Shown: in pieces, positions 17,740 through 26,541 of the stretch
Numbering within the stretch: position 1 is the first letter of the stretch
Layout of the letters: each line of letters starts with the position of its first letter
Sequence record: DRR723986_1798
DNA length: 33,433 nt
Reading direction: 5' to 3' (one strand)
Translations under genes and position numbers: made by a program
The notes under the pieces: model-generated
The model's input: the letters and a program-made list of their open reading frames with translations, nothing else
Told to the model about the DNA's origin: nothing
The model's database searches: none

Positions 17740-20700
17740 TTGGCTTAATTAACCTCGCGTCAACTTTTGGAACATAAATTTGAATTCCCCCGCCCATCAG
17801 TTGAGGGCGCATACCCACGGTACCGGTTTGTGGCGCGGCTGGACCCTCATAGTAAACAGTACCTTCTGGCAAAGTCATTTTGGATTGATTCTCAAAAGTA
17901 TTGCCCCATTCTGGTAAGACTGCACTATCTAGCTGAGATTGAAGTGGGCCTGCAGAGGGCTCTGGAGTCCAAAAACGACCATCAGCCGACGCTTTACCAC
18001 CATGATCTCGATATACAGTCACATTCCCGTCAGATACCTTTTCGGTGTAAGTGCCACTTCTAAAAGTTGAGGCCTTCGACCTAGGATCATTTGGATCTCC
18101 AAGCGGCCCCTCTTCATGGGGACCGTATTTACCACTAACTCCCCCACCATCCTTACAACTTAAGCCCCACGGATCCACCCACGTCATCGGGTTCGGTGCG
18201 TACTGGTAGACGTTCATTCCACCCAGCAAACCAATGGGGTCTTGCGTGGTGAACTGCCCGCAGTTGGGGTCGTAGTACCGGTGCCTGTTGTAGTGTAGCC
18301 CCGTTTCTTCGTCGTAATACTGACCTTGAAACCTCAGTGGGTTGTCCACTTCGTTCACGTGGGCCAGGGCCAGTGCGCCGTAGGTTTTGAAGGTGCTGGA
18401 CCACACCACTTCTGCGCGGGCGTTGGTGATTTCTCGCGGGGTGCCGATGTGGTCGGTGTGGTAGTGGTAGACCTGCCCGTGTTGCACCAAGGCCAGCGGT
18501 TTGAAGCTGAAGGGCTCGAACAGGTAAGTGCGGCTGGCGCTGCTCACGCCTTCCTTGATTTCACCCAACAGCACATCACCATTCCAGTAAAAGGTGGTGG
18601 TGCCCTGCTCAGTGCTTTTTGAAATCCGCCTGCCCAATGCGTCGTAGGCGTAGCGGGTTACAACCCCTGCCACGTTCACTTCAACAAGCTGGTTTTGGGC
18701 GTTGTAGCGGTAGCGCGTTACTTGCCCTTGGTGCAGGCCGCGCTCAACAATTTCTTCTACGCGGTTACCACGATCGTCGTAATTAAAGCGCCTGTTGCCT
18801 TGGCGCTTTAACCTGTTGCCCGGGGTTTGTTGTGGCCTGCGGGCATTAGGGCTTGTGGGTTCTGGCAAAGCACGGCTTGCTTGTGCATCGGTGGCCTCTT
18901 GCCCCTCCAACGCCTCAAGCAAGTTGCTTGCGGGGTCGAATAAAAATGCTTCCGGTGCGGGGCCTTCCACCACGCGCAAGCGGTCCAGCAGATCGTAGTG
19001 GTAAAGGCTGGTGCCGTGGCCTTGGTCGTCAATACGCACCAGTTGATTGCGCTGGTTGTAGCAGTAGCGCCGGCGGGAAACGGTGGGGGAAAGTTCATCC
19101 CTTCGTTCGGTTTTAAAATCGTTTGCTCTGCGATTGACCTGCCCCACCAGCCTGCCCTGTGGGTCGTACAGGCTTTGGGTGTGAACCTGGTTGCCCAGCT
19201 TGCGCACCACTTCACGGCCCAAGGTGTCGCGCTCGAACTGCGCGAGCAGTTCGCCGTTGAAGTTAATTTCGCTGACCAAACCCAATGCGTTGTATTGGTA
19301 GGCCAAAGCACCCGAAGGTAGCCCACCACCCGTTGCGCCCCAGCTGGTTTGCTTTAGCCAGCCAGCCGGGTTGTATTGGTGTTCTATGCGGTGTTGGTCT
19401 TGACGCTCGGCCAGTACGCGGCCTTCGGCATCTACCTCCCATTGCAGGGTGCGGTGCGCGTTGCTGGCTTGAACCAACTGGCCTTGCGGATTGTAGGCAA
19501 AGGTGGCTTCTTCACCATCGCTATGCCGGGCTTTCAGCAATCGGCCCAAGGCGTCGCGCGTGTAGCGTGTGTAGGCCAGTGGCTGCTTGGGTATTTGATC
19601 CAGATACAGGCCGTTTACTGCACCGTGCAACACGCCCCATTCCTGCTTTTCAAGCAGGTGGCCTACTGCGTTGTACTGGTAGGTTTGAACGCGGCCATCG
19701 AAGCCGCTTTCTTTGGTTAAGCGTTCGGCAAGGTCGTATTCAAAGTGGCAGCTTTGACCATTTTCGTTTTGCAGTTCGATCAAATTGCGTTCGCTGTCGT
19801 AGCGGTAGCGAAAGGTAAAACCTTGTGCATCAATTCGTGCGGTGGGCTGGCTTAATTTGTCGGCATACTCGTAAACCGTGCTGCGGCCGGTGGGGTCGGT
19901 GATACGTTCAAGCTGGCCCAGTGGGCCGTAGCTGTATTCAGTGCTTAAGCCCTCGTGGTTGGTGGCGCGGGTGCATCGACCCAGTAAGTCGTAGGCGTAA
20001 TAGGCACTGCGCCCCAGCGGGTTGCTTATGCTTGCCAGCCGCCCCCAGGCGTCGAATTGGTAAGTGTTGCTTTGCCCCAGTGCATTGGTTTGCGCTTGCA
20101 GCTGGCCTTGCGCGTTGTACAACATGCGCGTGCTTTGGCCCAATGGGTTTGTTACTTCACACAACAAACCCAGGTGGTTGTGACGGTAGCGGGTGGTGGC
20201 ACCTATGGCATCGGTGTGGCTGGCCAGCAAGCCTTCAGGCGTGTAAGTGTTGCTGCGCACATGGCCTGCAGCATTAATGTGCTTTAACACCTGCCCCTGT
20301 GCGTTGACTTCAAACCTGTGAAGCTGCCCAAGCTTGTTGGTGTACGCCACCAAATGGCCTTGGCTGTTGTACTGAAACTGCTCGCGGTGGCCCAGGGCAT
20401 CCACGCGCTCCAACACCTGCCCACTGCTGTTGTAGCGTGTACAAGTAACGCCGCCTTCAGGGCCCTTTTCAAGCACGGGTAGGCCTTGGGCATTGAACTG
20501 GTATTCAGTGCGCGCACCGCGGCTATCCATGGCAACGTTGGTGGCCGTGCCGTGAATATCCCATTCAAACCGGTAGTGGTAAGTGGGTTGGCCACCCACG
20601 GGGTCGCCCCACTGGCGCACGCAGCGTGAATGTTCGCCCGCCTGCTCCCATTCAAAGTAAATGTTGTAACCGCTTTTTAGCGTGCGCTGAACCAGCACAT

Positions 20701-22663
20701 TGCGTTTGTTGTAGGCGTATTGTTCTTCAAAGCCTGCGGCATCGGTTACGGCCACAAGCTGGCCCTGTGCGTTGTAGCGGTATTGAACCAGCACCAGTTG
20801 ATTCAAACCCAATTGGTTTTGTTCAAGGGCGGTGTCGGTTTCGTCTGCTGAATAACCTTTGGCCAGTTGGGCAATTTGTGCAAGCAAGCCTTGTTCGTTG
20901 TAACCCAGTACCCAACTGCTTTGGCTGCTGTGCAGGTGGGTGGGCACACCGTGCGTGTAATCGATTGCTAGTGCATTGCCAAAGGCGTCTTCGATGCGAA
21001 CCAGCGAGAAGCGCTGTATTTCGTTTTGCGTGGGTTCGCTGCCCTGCGCCAATTCAAGATGTTCAAAGTGCCATGCCAAGCCCAGCCCGTTACTGGCTTG
21101 CAGGCGGTAGGCTGTTTCTGCGGTGCGCGTCAGGGTTAAAAATTCACTGGTGTTGGTGCAGCTTTGGCCTACCTTCAAGTGCTTGAAGTAAACCGTGCGG
21201 CCTTCCTCGTCGATGTAGTTCAGGCTGCTTTCCTGAGTACCCGCCTGGGCTAGCAGGTGCTGGCTTAAGGGGTGCGCCCAACCAGCCCCAAGCCCTGCAT
21301 TGAATCCTTGTTCTGCAAGGCTGCTGCGGTAAGTACGTTGCCAGTTCAGGCCCACCAGGCCGGGTATTGAACCATCGAGCAATTGCAGCAGTTCTTCACC
21401 GTTGATCATGCTGATGGGTTCACCGGCTGTTTTGGTCTCGGCCACTTTGGGTGTGTTTGCTCCTTGTGTATTGCTCGCTGCCGGTTTGCCGGGCTCAGCA
21501 GGCCTTCCCGCAGCGGTGGTGGTGTTGCTGTTTTTTGAAGATCGGTTGCCAGAGGGCGCACTATCGGATGCACGCAGTTTGGAGGCCTGTGCCTTTTCCA
21601 GCGCTTTGGCGTAATTGGCCAGGTGTCGAATTGCAGCCTGGGTAAATGGGCCCACTTTGCTGGCTCCGTTTGCAACCCTGGCACCCACTCGCGCTGCACC
21701 CACAGCAAGGCTGCCTCCAAAAGTGGCCAGGGCCAGCAACACTTCAATGCCAATGGCCACCACCACCGTGGCTGCATTACGCAAGCGCCGAAGGTGGGGT
21801 ACGCTTTCGGAATAGCCGTCCAGAAATTCGAACAGGCCTGTGCGCAACAGGCGATCGGAGCCAATGAGGTTGAACAGCCGCATACCCTCTTTCACGGTGG
21901 CGATCATTTCTTGCGCAGTGTTGTAGGCAGCCATGCCTGCACCCACGAGCATTTGCTGAATTTGCGCAAAGTTTGAATTGATCAGGGTTTCCAGCCCGTT
22001 GCAGGTGGCTTTTACCGCATTCACAGTGAACTCAACACTGATCTTGATCAGGCTCCACAAACCTTCAATGAAACCCATGGCGGCGGCACCAGCGCCTTGC
22101 CCCAAGGCTTTGCCCTCTTCCCACAGTTCGTGAATGCGGTGTTTCACCTTGAACTCGAGGTTTTGTGCGTCGTGTTCGCGCCAACGGGCCAGCAAAATAG
22201 TGGCCATTTCAACCAGTGCTTTTCCGCGTTCGTGTTCAGTGCTGCCCACAGGGTGAGCCAACAGTTTGGCCTCACTGGCCCAGTAAATGCTGTTGGGGTT
22301 GAGCAGGTCTTTTTGCGGGTTGACTGTCAGCGGTATTTTCACCACCAGCAAATCGCCAGTGAATGCGGCCGTGCGTTGCCTTTCGCTGCGACCTACGAAA
22401 AAGCCATCGGCATACAAGTCGCCCTGCACCAGGCCAAAGTGGGTGAGCACTTTGCAATCGACGGTATCGCCGGTTCGCGTGCGCGGAAACCCATGTAGCA
22501 TCAGTTCATCGAGTTCGGTGTCGTTGATTGACTCGCGGTGCAGCGCCAACCAGGGTGACAGTTCGGTGCGTTTGTCGAAAAACGCCCAATAGTTGCCGCG
22601 AAAACGCAGCCCCAAACCAGGCTTTACCGATTGACCAAAAACGGGAAGTTGAACGAAATCCAT
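17729..22663 (-). CDS. Rhs/YD-repeat polymorphic toxin (1644 aa)
   Basis: DUF6531-like start GEPISMINGE...WQRTYRS; many YD repeats; core YHTDHIGTP...LRFQGQYYDEETGLHYNRHRYYDP...DPIGL...DPWGL; 143-aa C-terminal extension. The start lacks a clear ribosome-binding site. Confidence 0.95.
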   Translation of the reverse strand: MDFVQLPVFGQSVKPGLGLRFRGNYWAFFDKRTELSPWLALHRESINDTELDELMLHGFPRTRTGDTVDCKVLTHFGLVQGDLYADGFFVGRSERQRTAAFTGDLLVVKIPLTVNPQKDLLNPNSIYWASEAKLLAHPVGSTEHERGKALVEMATILLARWREHDAQNLEFKVKHRIHELWEEGKALGQGAGAAAMGFIEGLWSLIKISVEFTVNAVKATCNGLETLINSNFAQIQQMLVGAGMAAYNTAQEMIATVKEGMRLFNLIGSDRLLRTGLFEFLDGYSESVPHLRRLRNAATVVVAIGIEVLLALATFGGSLAVGAARVGARVANGASKVGPFTQAAIRHLANYAKALEKAQASKLRASDSAPSGNRSSKNSNTTTAAGRPAEPGKPAASNTQGANTPKVAETKTAGEPISMINGEELLQLLDGSIPGLVGLNWQRTYRSSLAEQGFNAGLGAGWAHPLSQHLLAQAGTQESSLNYIDEEGRTVYFKHLKVGQSCTNTSEFLTLTRTAETAYRLQASNGLGLAWHFEHLELAQGSEPTQNEIQRFSLVRIEDAFGNALAIDYTHGVPTHLHSSQSSWVLGYNEQGLLAQIAQLAKGYSADETDTALEQNQLGLNQLVLVQYRYNAQGQLVAVTDAAGFEEQYAYNKRNVLVQRTLKSGYNIYFEWEQAGEHSRCVRQWGDPVGGQPTYHYRFEWDIHGTATNVAMDSRGARTEYQFNAQGLPVLEKGPEGGVTCTRYNSSGQVLERVDALGHREQFQYNSQGHLVAYTNKLGQLHRFEVNAQGQVLKHINAAGHVRSNTYTPEGLLASHTDAIGATTRYRHNHLGLLCEVTNPLGQSTRMLYNAQGQLQAQTNALGQSNTYQFDAWGRLASISNPLGRSAYYAYDLLGRCTRATNHEGLSTEYSYGPLGQLERITDPTGRSTVYEYADKLSQPTARIDAQGFTFRYRYDSERNLIELQNENGQSCHFEYDLAERLTKESGFDGRVQTYQYNAVGHLLEKQEWGVLHGAVNGLYLDQIPKQPLAYTRYTRDALGRLLKARHSDGEEATFAYNPQGQLVQASNAHRTLQWEVDAEGRVLAERQDQHRIEHQYNPAGWLKQTSWGATGGGLPSGALAYQYNALGLVSEINFNGELLAQFERDTLGREVVRKLGNQVHTQSLYDPQGRLVGQVNRRANDFKTERRDELSPTVSRRRYCYNQRNQLVRIDDQGHGTSLYHYDLLDRLRVVEGPAPEAFLFDPASNLLEALEGQEATDAQASRALPEPTSPNARRPQQTPGNRLKRQGNRRFNYDDRGNRVEEIVERGLHQGQVTRYRYNAQNQLVEVNVAGVVTRYAYDALGRRISKSTEQGTTTFYWNGDVLLGEIKEGVSSASRTYLFEPFSFKPLALVQHGQVYHYHTDHIGTPREITNARAEVVWSSTFKTYGALALAHVNEVDNPLRFQGQYYDEETGLHYNRHRYYDPNCGQFTTQDPIGLLGGMNVYQYAPNPMTWVDPWGLSCKDGGGVSGKYGPHEEGPLGDPNDPRSKASTFRSGTYTEKVSDGNVTVYRDHGGKASADGRFWTPEPSAGPLQSQLDSAVLPEWGNTFENQSKMTLPEGTVYYEGPAAPQTGTVGMRPQLMGGGIQIYVPKVDARLIKPNVP

Positions 22664-22787
22664 GAAAGCGGTGCTGGCGAATAACCGTGCGAAGTTACTT
22701 GCCAGCCTGGATTTCGGCGAATTGAATCAGTTTGGGTGATGTTTACCGGGTGACAGGGTGAGCACCCGGCGCTAGATTTGAACGTTG

Positions 22788-23069
22788 TTAAACGATTTTT
22801 GCGTTTCTAAATAGCTGGTCAACAGTAAGGCGGGCAAGACTGCTTTCATCACGAGGGTCGGTGGATGAATACATGCTGACTTGCAAGGCATCAAGCACAG
22901 CGAACAATCGATTGACGCTGATCGAACCCGGATTCTTTTCCAGAGAAGACACGGTCCGCTGATCAATACCAAGCCTCTCGCCCAATTGTTTTTGGGTGAG
23001 GCCCAATTCCCGTCGGCGCGTGCGAATCAGCACGGTGACATCACTCAGATTTACTTTTTTCAGTGCCAT
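22788..23069 (-). CDS. XRE-family HTH protein, HipB-like
   Basis: IRTRRRELGLTQKQLGERLGIDQRTVSSLEKNPGSISVNRLFAVLDAL. Confidence 0.85.
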   Translation of the reverse strand: MALKKVNLSDVTVLIRTRRRELGLTQKQLGERLGIDQRTVSSLEKNPGSISVNRLFAVLDALQVSMYSSTDPRDESSLARLTVDQLFRNAKIV

Positions 23070-23092
23070 AGTGTTTTGAATCTACTTGGTAA

Positions 23093-24493
23093 TTACAACT
23101 TGATGACTGCCATTTTTTCCTGTGTCATGTCGTGCATGGTGTGGCCAATGCCACCAACCCCATACCCCGACTGCCGACGACCGGCAAATGGCATCCAATC
23201 AACACGAAATGCAGTGTGGTCATTGACCATGACCGCGGTGGCATCAATTTCCCGCACACAACGCAGTGCCACTTTTAACTTTTGGGTAAACACCGCAGCC
23301 TGAAATGCGACAGGCAAGCTATTGGCCTGCGCAATCGCATCGGTGAGCGATTCCGTGCCATAAACACACACCACGGGACCAAAAACTTCCTGGGTACTGA
23401 CCTTGGAATCGCGGGGCGGGTTCAACAACACAGTGGGTGCATAAGTTGTGTCACCCAACCTTTGGGCACCACACAACACCTGTGCTCCACCTGCTACGGC
23501 CTCATTCACCCAGTGCTCAACGCGCTTGACTTCATTCGGGTTGACGAGTGGGCCGCATTCTGTATCGGCCAGAATGGCGTTGCCTACTCTGAGCTTCAAG
23601 GCCCTATCAGCAATGGCTTGCGCCAAGGCAGTGGCCATGTCTTCGGGCACGTAAACCCGCTGCACACTGACACAAACCTGCCCGGAATGATAAAACCCGC
23701 CCTTGACCAAAGCCGGGATCATGGCTTCAAGGTCGGCACAGTCGTCAACAATAACCGGGGCCACGCCGCCATGCTCAAGCGCACAGCGTGTGCCAGGTGC
23801 CAATTTGCTTTTTAGCCGCCAGCCCACGGCACCCGAGCCGATGAAGCTGAAAAATGCAACACGGGGGTCGGTCACCATTTGCTCGGCCACGTCACTTTTG
23901 CAAGGCGCAAAGCGGCACCATTCTTCGGGCAAGCCTGCCTCGTACAGCATGCTCACAAAGGCCTGGCAACTCAGGGGGGTGGCACTGGCCGGCTTTACCA
24001 ACACTGGGCAGCCCGTGGCAATGGCGGGGCCCACCTGGTGAACAATCAAATTCAAAGGGTGGTTAAAGGCGGACACCGCCACCACCGGGCCAATGGGCTC
24101 GCGGGTGGTGAATGCCATGCGGCCTGAACCCGCTGCGGTCAAGTCCATTGGAATTTCCGTGCCGGTGAGGTGGCCCAATTCTTTGATGCACAGCTCAACC
24201 CCGTCGATTGCGCGTGTTACCTCAACCTTGGCATCCATCAAGGGCTTGCCGCCCTCGTTGGCAATTTGAAAGGCGAGTTCATCAAACCGGCCTTGCATCA
24301 GCTGCGCCGTTTTTTTAAGAATGGCGATTCGCTGGTGCATGGGCAGCCAGTTGGCGCGGGTTTTGTGCAATTGGCTGGCGGTGTTCAACCAGGCATCAAT
24401 GGTGGGCCAATCGACCAGCTTCACTTCACCAATCGGCTTTAGATCAAAGGGGTTGACTACTTCCAAAACCGTGTTGTTCATGGAGGTACTCAT
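23093..24493 (-). CDS. Aldehyde dehydrogenase (ALDH21/RL0313-like subgroup)
   Basis: AFNHPLN, VKPA, FIGSGAVG, ALEHGG (catalytic Glu), GQVCVS (catalytic Cys) and EVFGP. ATG 24493 forms an ATGA overlap with the upstream stop. Confidence 0.93.
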   Translation of the reverse strand: MSTSMNNTVLEVVNPFDLKPIGEVKLVDWPTIDAWLNTASQLHKTRANWLPMHQRIAILKKTAQLMQGRFDELAFQIANEGGKPLMDAKVEVTRAIDGVELCIKELGHLTGTEIPMDLTAAGSGRMAFTTREPIGPVVAVSAFNHPLNLIVHQVGPAIATGCPVLVKPASATPLSCQAFVSMLYEAGLPEEWCRFAPCKSDVAEQMVTDPRVAFFSFIGSGAVGWRLKSKLAPGTRCALEHGGVAPVIVDDCADLEAMIPALVKGGFYHSGQVCVSVQRVYVPEDMATALAQAIADRALKLRVGNAILADTECGPLVNPNEVKRVEHWVNEAVAGGAQVLCGAQRLGDTTYAPTVLLNPPRDSKVSTQEVFGPVVCVYGTESLTDAIAQANSLPVAFQAAVFTQKLKVALRCVREIDATAVMVNDHTAFRVDWMPFAGRRQSGYGVGGIGHTMHDMTQEKMAVIKL

Positions 24494-26145
24494 ATCAAAC
24501 ACACCTTTGCGGCCAATTCGTCAATCAGCACACGTTTGTTTTCAGAATAATCCACGGGCACGTCTACGATGTGCACGCCCCCGGCTTTGAACGCCTGGTC
24601 AAAGGTGGGCACCAGTGCAGCGGCACTTCCCACCCGGTGGCCGGTTGCACCATAGGCCTCGGCGTACTTCACAAAGTCGGGGTTGCCAAACTCAAGCCCC
24701 CAATCTGCAAAGCCAGCGTGCTCTTGTTTCCAGCGGATCATGCCGTACGAGCTGTCATTCAAAATGGTAACGACCAGGTTGAGCTTCAGGCGCACCGCAG
24801 TTTCAATTTCCTGCGAGTTCATCATGAAGCCGCCGTCACCACAAATGGCCATGACCCGGCGGTCAGGGTACAACATGGCGGCCATCATGGCCGAGGGCAA
24901 ACCGGCTCCCATGGTGGCCAGCGCGTTGTCCAGCAACACGGTGTTGGGTTCATAAGCCTTGTAATTGCGGGCGTACCACAATTTGTAAATGCCGTTGTCC
25001 AGCGCAATGATGTCTTTGGCACCCATGGCACGGCGGGTTTCAGCCACCAAGCGTTGGGGGATGATGGGGAAGCGGTCGTCATCCGCACCCTCTTTGATGT
25101 GCAATTCGACTTCGTCGCGAATGCGGTTGAAGTAGGCAAGGTCGCACACCACTTTGCCACCAATTTTTTGGGTCAGCTTTTGCACGGAGCGGGCCACATC
25201 GCCCACCACCTCGCATTGCGGAAAATACACCTGGTCTACTTTGGCGGAACGGTAATTCACATGGATTACTTTCTTGCCACCATGGGCCATGAAGAACGGC
25301 GGCTTTTCAACCACATCGTGGCCCACATTGACAATGAGGTCGGCACGTTCAATGGCGCAGTGCAAATAATCGCCATCTGACAATGCCGCAGTGCCCAGAA
25401 AATGGGGAGAGCCCTCATCCACCACGCCCTTGCCCATTTGCGTGCTGAAAAACGGAATGCCGGTGGTTTCAATGAATTCTTGCAAAGCCAGCCTGGCTTG
25501 TTTGCGGTTTGCACCTGCGCCCAGCAGCACTAGCGGCATGCGGGCAGAGCGGATCATGGACACCGCTTCGTTCAGCACCACGTCGTCGGCCACGGCATAG
25601 TGCCGCTCGCTGCGGGGAATGATGGCCGCGGTGGTTTGTTCAGCGGCAATGTCCTCAGGCAGCTCAAGCAATACCGCACCGGGGCGCTCTTCTTCAGCAA
25701 TTCGAAAGGCCTCACGAACCAAAGCGGGAATGTTGTTGCCGTGGACGATTTGCTTGCTCATTTTGCAGATGGGCGCAAACAGATTGACCACATCGATGAT
25801 TTGAAATTGGCCTTGCTTGGACTTCTTGATGGGCTTTTGCCCTGTGATCATGATGAGCGGAAATGCACCCAGGTGGGCATAGGCAGCGGGCGTGGTGAAG
25901 TTGGTGGCCCCAGGGCCCAAGGTGGCCATGCACACGCCGGCACGGCCTGTAAGGCGACCATAGGTGGCGGCCATAAAACCCGCTCCTTGTTCGTGGCGGG
26001 TCAGCACCAGCTTGATGCTGCTGTTGCGCAGGCTTTCGACCATGTCCAGGTTTTCTTCGCCGGGCACAGCGAATATGTGCTTTACGCCTTCTGCTTCCAG
26101 GGCCTGAACAAACAGTTCAGATGCTTTGGTGCCTTGGGTCGACAT
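24490..26145 (-). CDS. Thiamine-diphosphate enzyme, acetolactate-synthase-large-subunit-like
   Basis: PGEENL, RHEQGAGFMA, TLGPGATN and the GDGGFMM...ND ThDP motif. AGGAG ribosome-binding site. No small subunit gene adjacent. Confidence 0.92.
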   Translation of the reverse strand: MSTQGTKASELFVQALEAEGVKHIFAVPGEENLDMVESLRNSSIKLVLTRHEQGAGFMAATYGRLTGRAGVCMATLGPGATNFTTPAAYAHLGAFPLIMITGQKPIKKSKQGQFQIIDVVNLFAPICKMSKQIVHGNNIPALVREAFRIAEEERPGAVLLELPEDIAAEQTTAAIIPRSERHYAVADDVVLNEAVSMIRSARMPLVLLGAGANRKQARLALQEFIETTGIPFFSTQMGKGVVDEGSPHFLGTAALSDGDYLHCAIERADLIVNVGHDVVEKPPFFMAHGGKKVIHVNYRSAKVDQVYFPQCEVVGDVARSVQKLTQKIGGKVVCDLAYFNRIRDEVELHIKEGADDDRFPIIPQRLVAETRRAMGAKDIIALDNGIYKLWYARNYKAYEPNTVLLDNALATMGAGLPSAMMAAMLYPDRRVMAICGDGGFMMNSQEIETAVRLKLNLVVTILNDSSYGMIRWKQEHAGFADWGLEFGNPDFVKYAEAYGATGHRVGSAAALVPTFDQAFKAGGVHIVDVPVDYSENKRVLIDELAAKVCLI

Positions 26146-26222
26146 GGTCGCTCTCCTTTTTTGGGGGAACGACCAGTGTCTGCCTGTTACATTTCAATAT
26201 CAATAACTTTATCCATTCTGGG

Positions 26223-26271
26223 TAGTAGAGCCGATGTTTTACTTAAGTAGGATTTTATGTTCTACTAAAAT
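26223..26271 (+). promoter_or_regulatory. Putative mazEF operator/promoter palindromes
   Basis: Perfect TACTTAAGTA (26240-49) flanked by TAGTAGA(26223-29)/TCTACTA(26261-67); a second ATTTTA(26252-57)/TAAAAT(26266-71) pair. Confidence 0.5.
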
Positions 26272-26295
26272 TACACTTTCATTTCGGGAACTAGC

Positions 26296-26541
26296 ATGCG
26301 CCAAACTTTACGAAAGGCAGGTGGATCGTTGGTGATGACGATTCCAAAATCGTTTGTTGCCCAAAACGGGCTCTCTGAAGGATCGCAAGTGGAACTGATA
26401 TTGAGCGGAAAAAAGATGATGGTGGAAGCAATGCCCAAGCCAAAGTACAAGTTGAACGAATTGCTTGCAGAAATGCCACAAGAATTTCCATTGGTCGAGC
26501 AGTGGGACGAATTGCAAGAAACTGGTTTGGAAAAGAACTGA
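26296..26541 (+). CDS. mazE: AbrB/MazE-family antitoxin (ChpS/PemI-like)
   Basis: LRKAGGSLVMTIPK AbrB fold, KYKLNELLAE and acidic tail W...GLE. TGATG overlap with the toxin gene. Confidence 0.88.
   Translation: MRQTLRKAGGSLVMTIPKSFVAQNGLSEGSQVELILSGKKMMVEAMPKPKYKLNELLAEMPQEFPLVEQWDELQETGLEKN

Noticed and set aside
18600..20800. Recurrent GTTGTA/GTCGTA-type words that suggest a DNA repeat array
   Set aside because: They are the coding signature of Rhs YD repeats; there is no constant repeat-spacer structure, so this is not a CRISPR array.
15652..23092. Prophage, integrative element or IS boundaries around the toxin region
   Set aside because: No integrase, transposase, tRNA, terminal inverted repeats or target duplications were found by eye.
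24490..26145. Gene symbol ilvB/ilvI
   Set aside because: There is no regulatory subunit or ilvC gene, and coupling to an ALDH argues for a different function.
24571..26250. Long plus-strand ORFs (269 aa and 216 aa) opposite the ThDP enzyme, and similar antisense ORFs at 1173-1805, 12509-13219, 27414-28124, 28909-29670 and 30225-30998
   Set aside because: They lie antisense to motif-supported genes and have no recognisable motifs; they are shadow ORFs.
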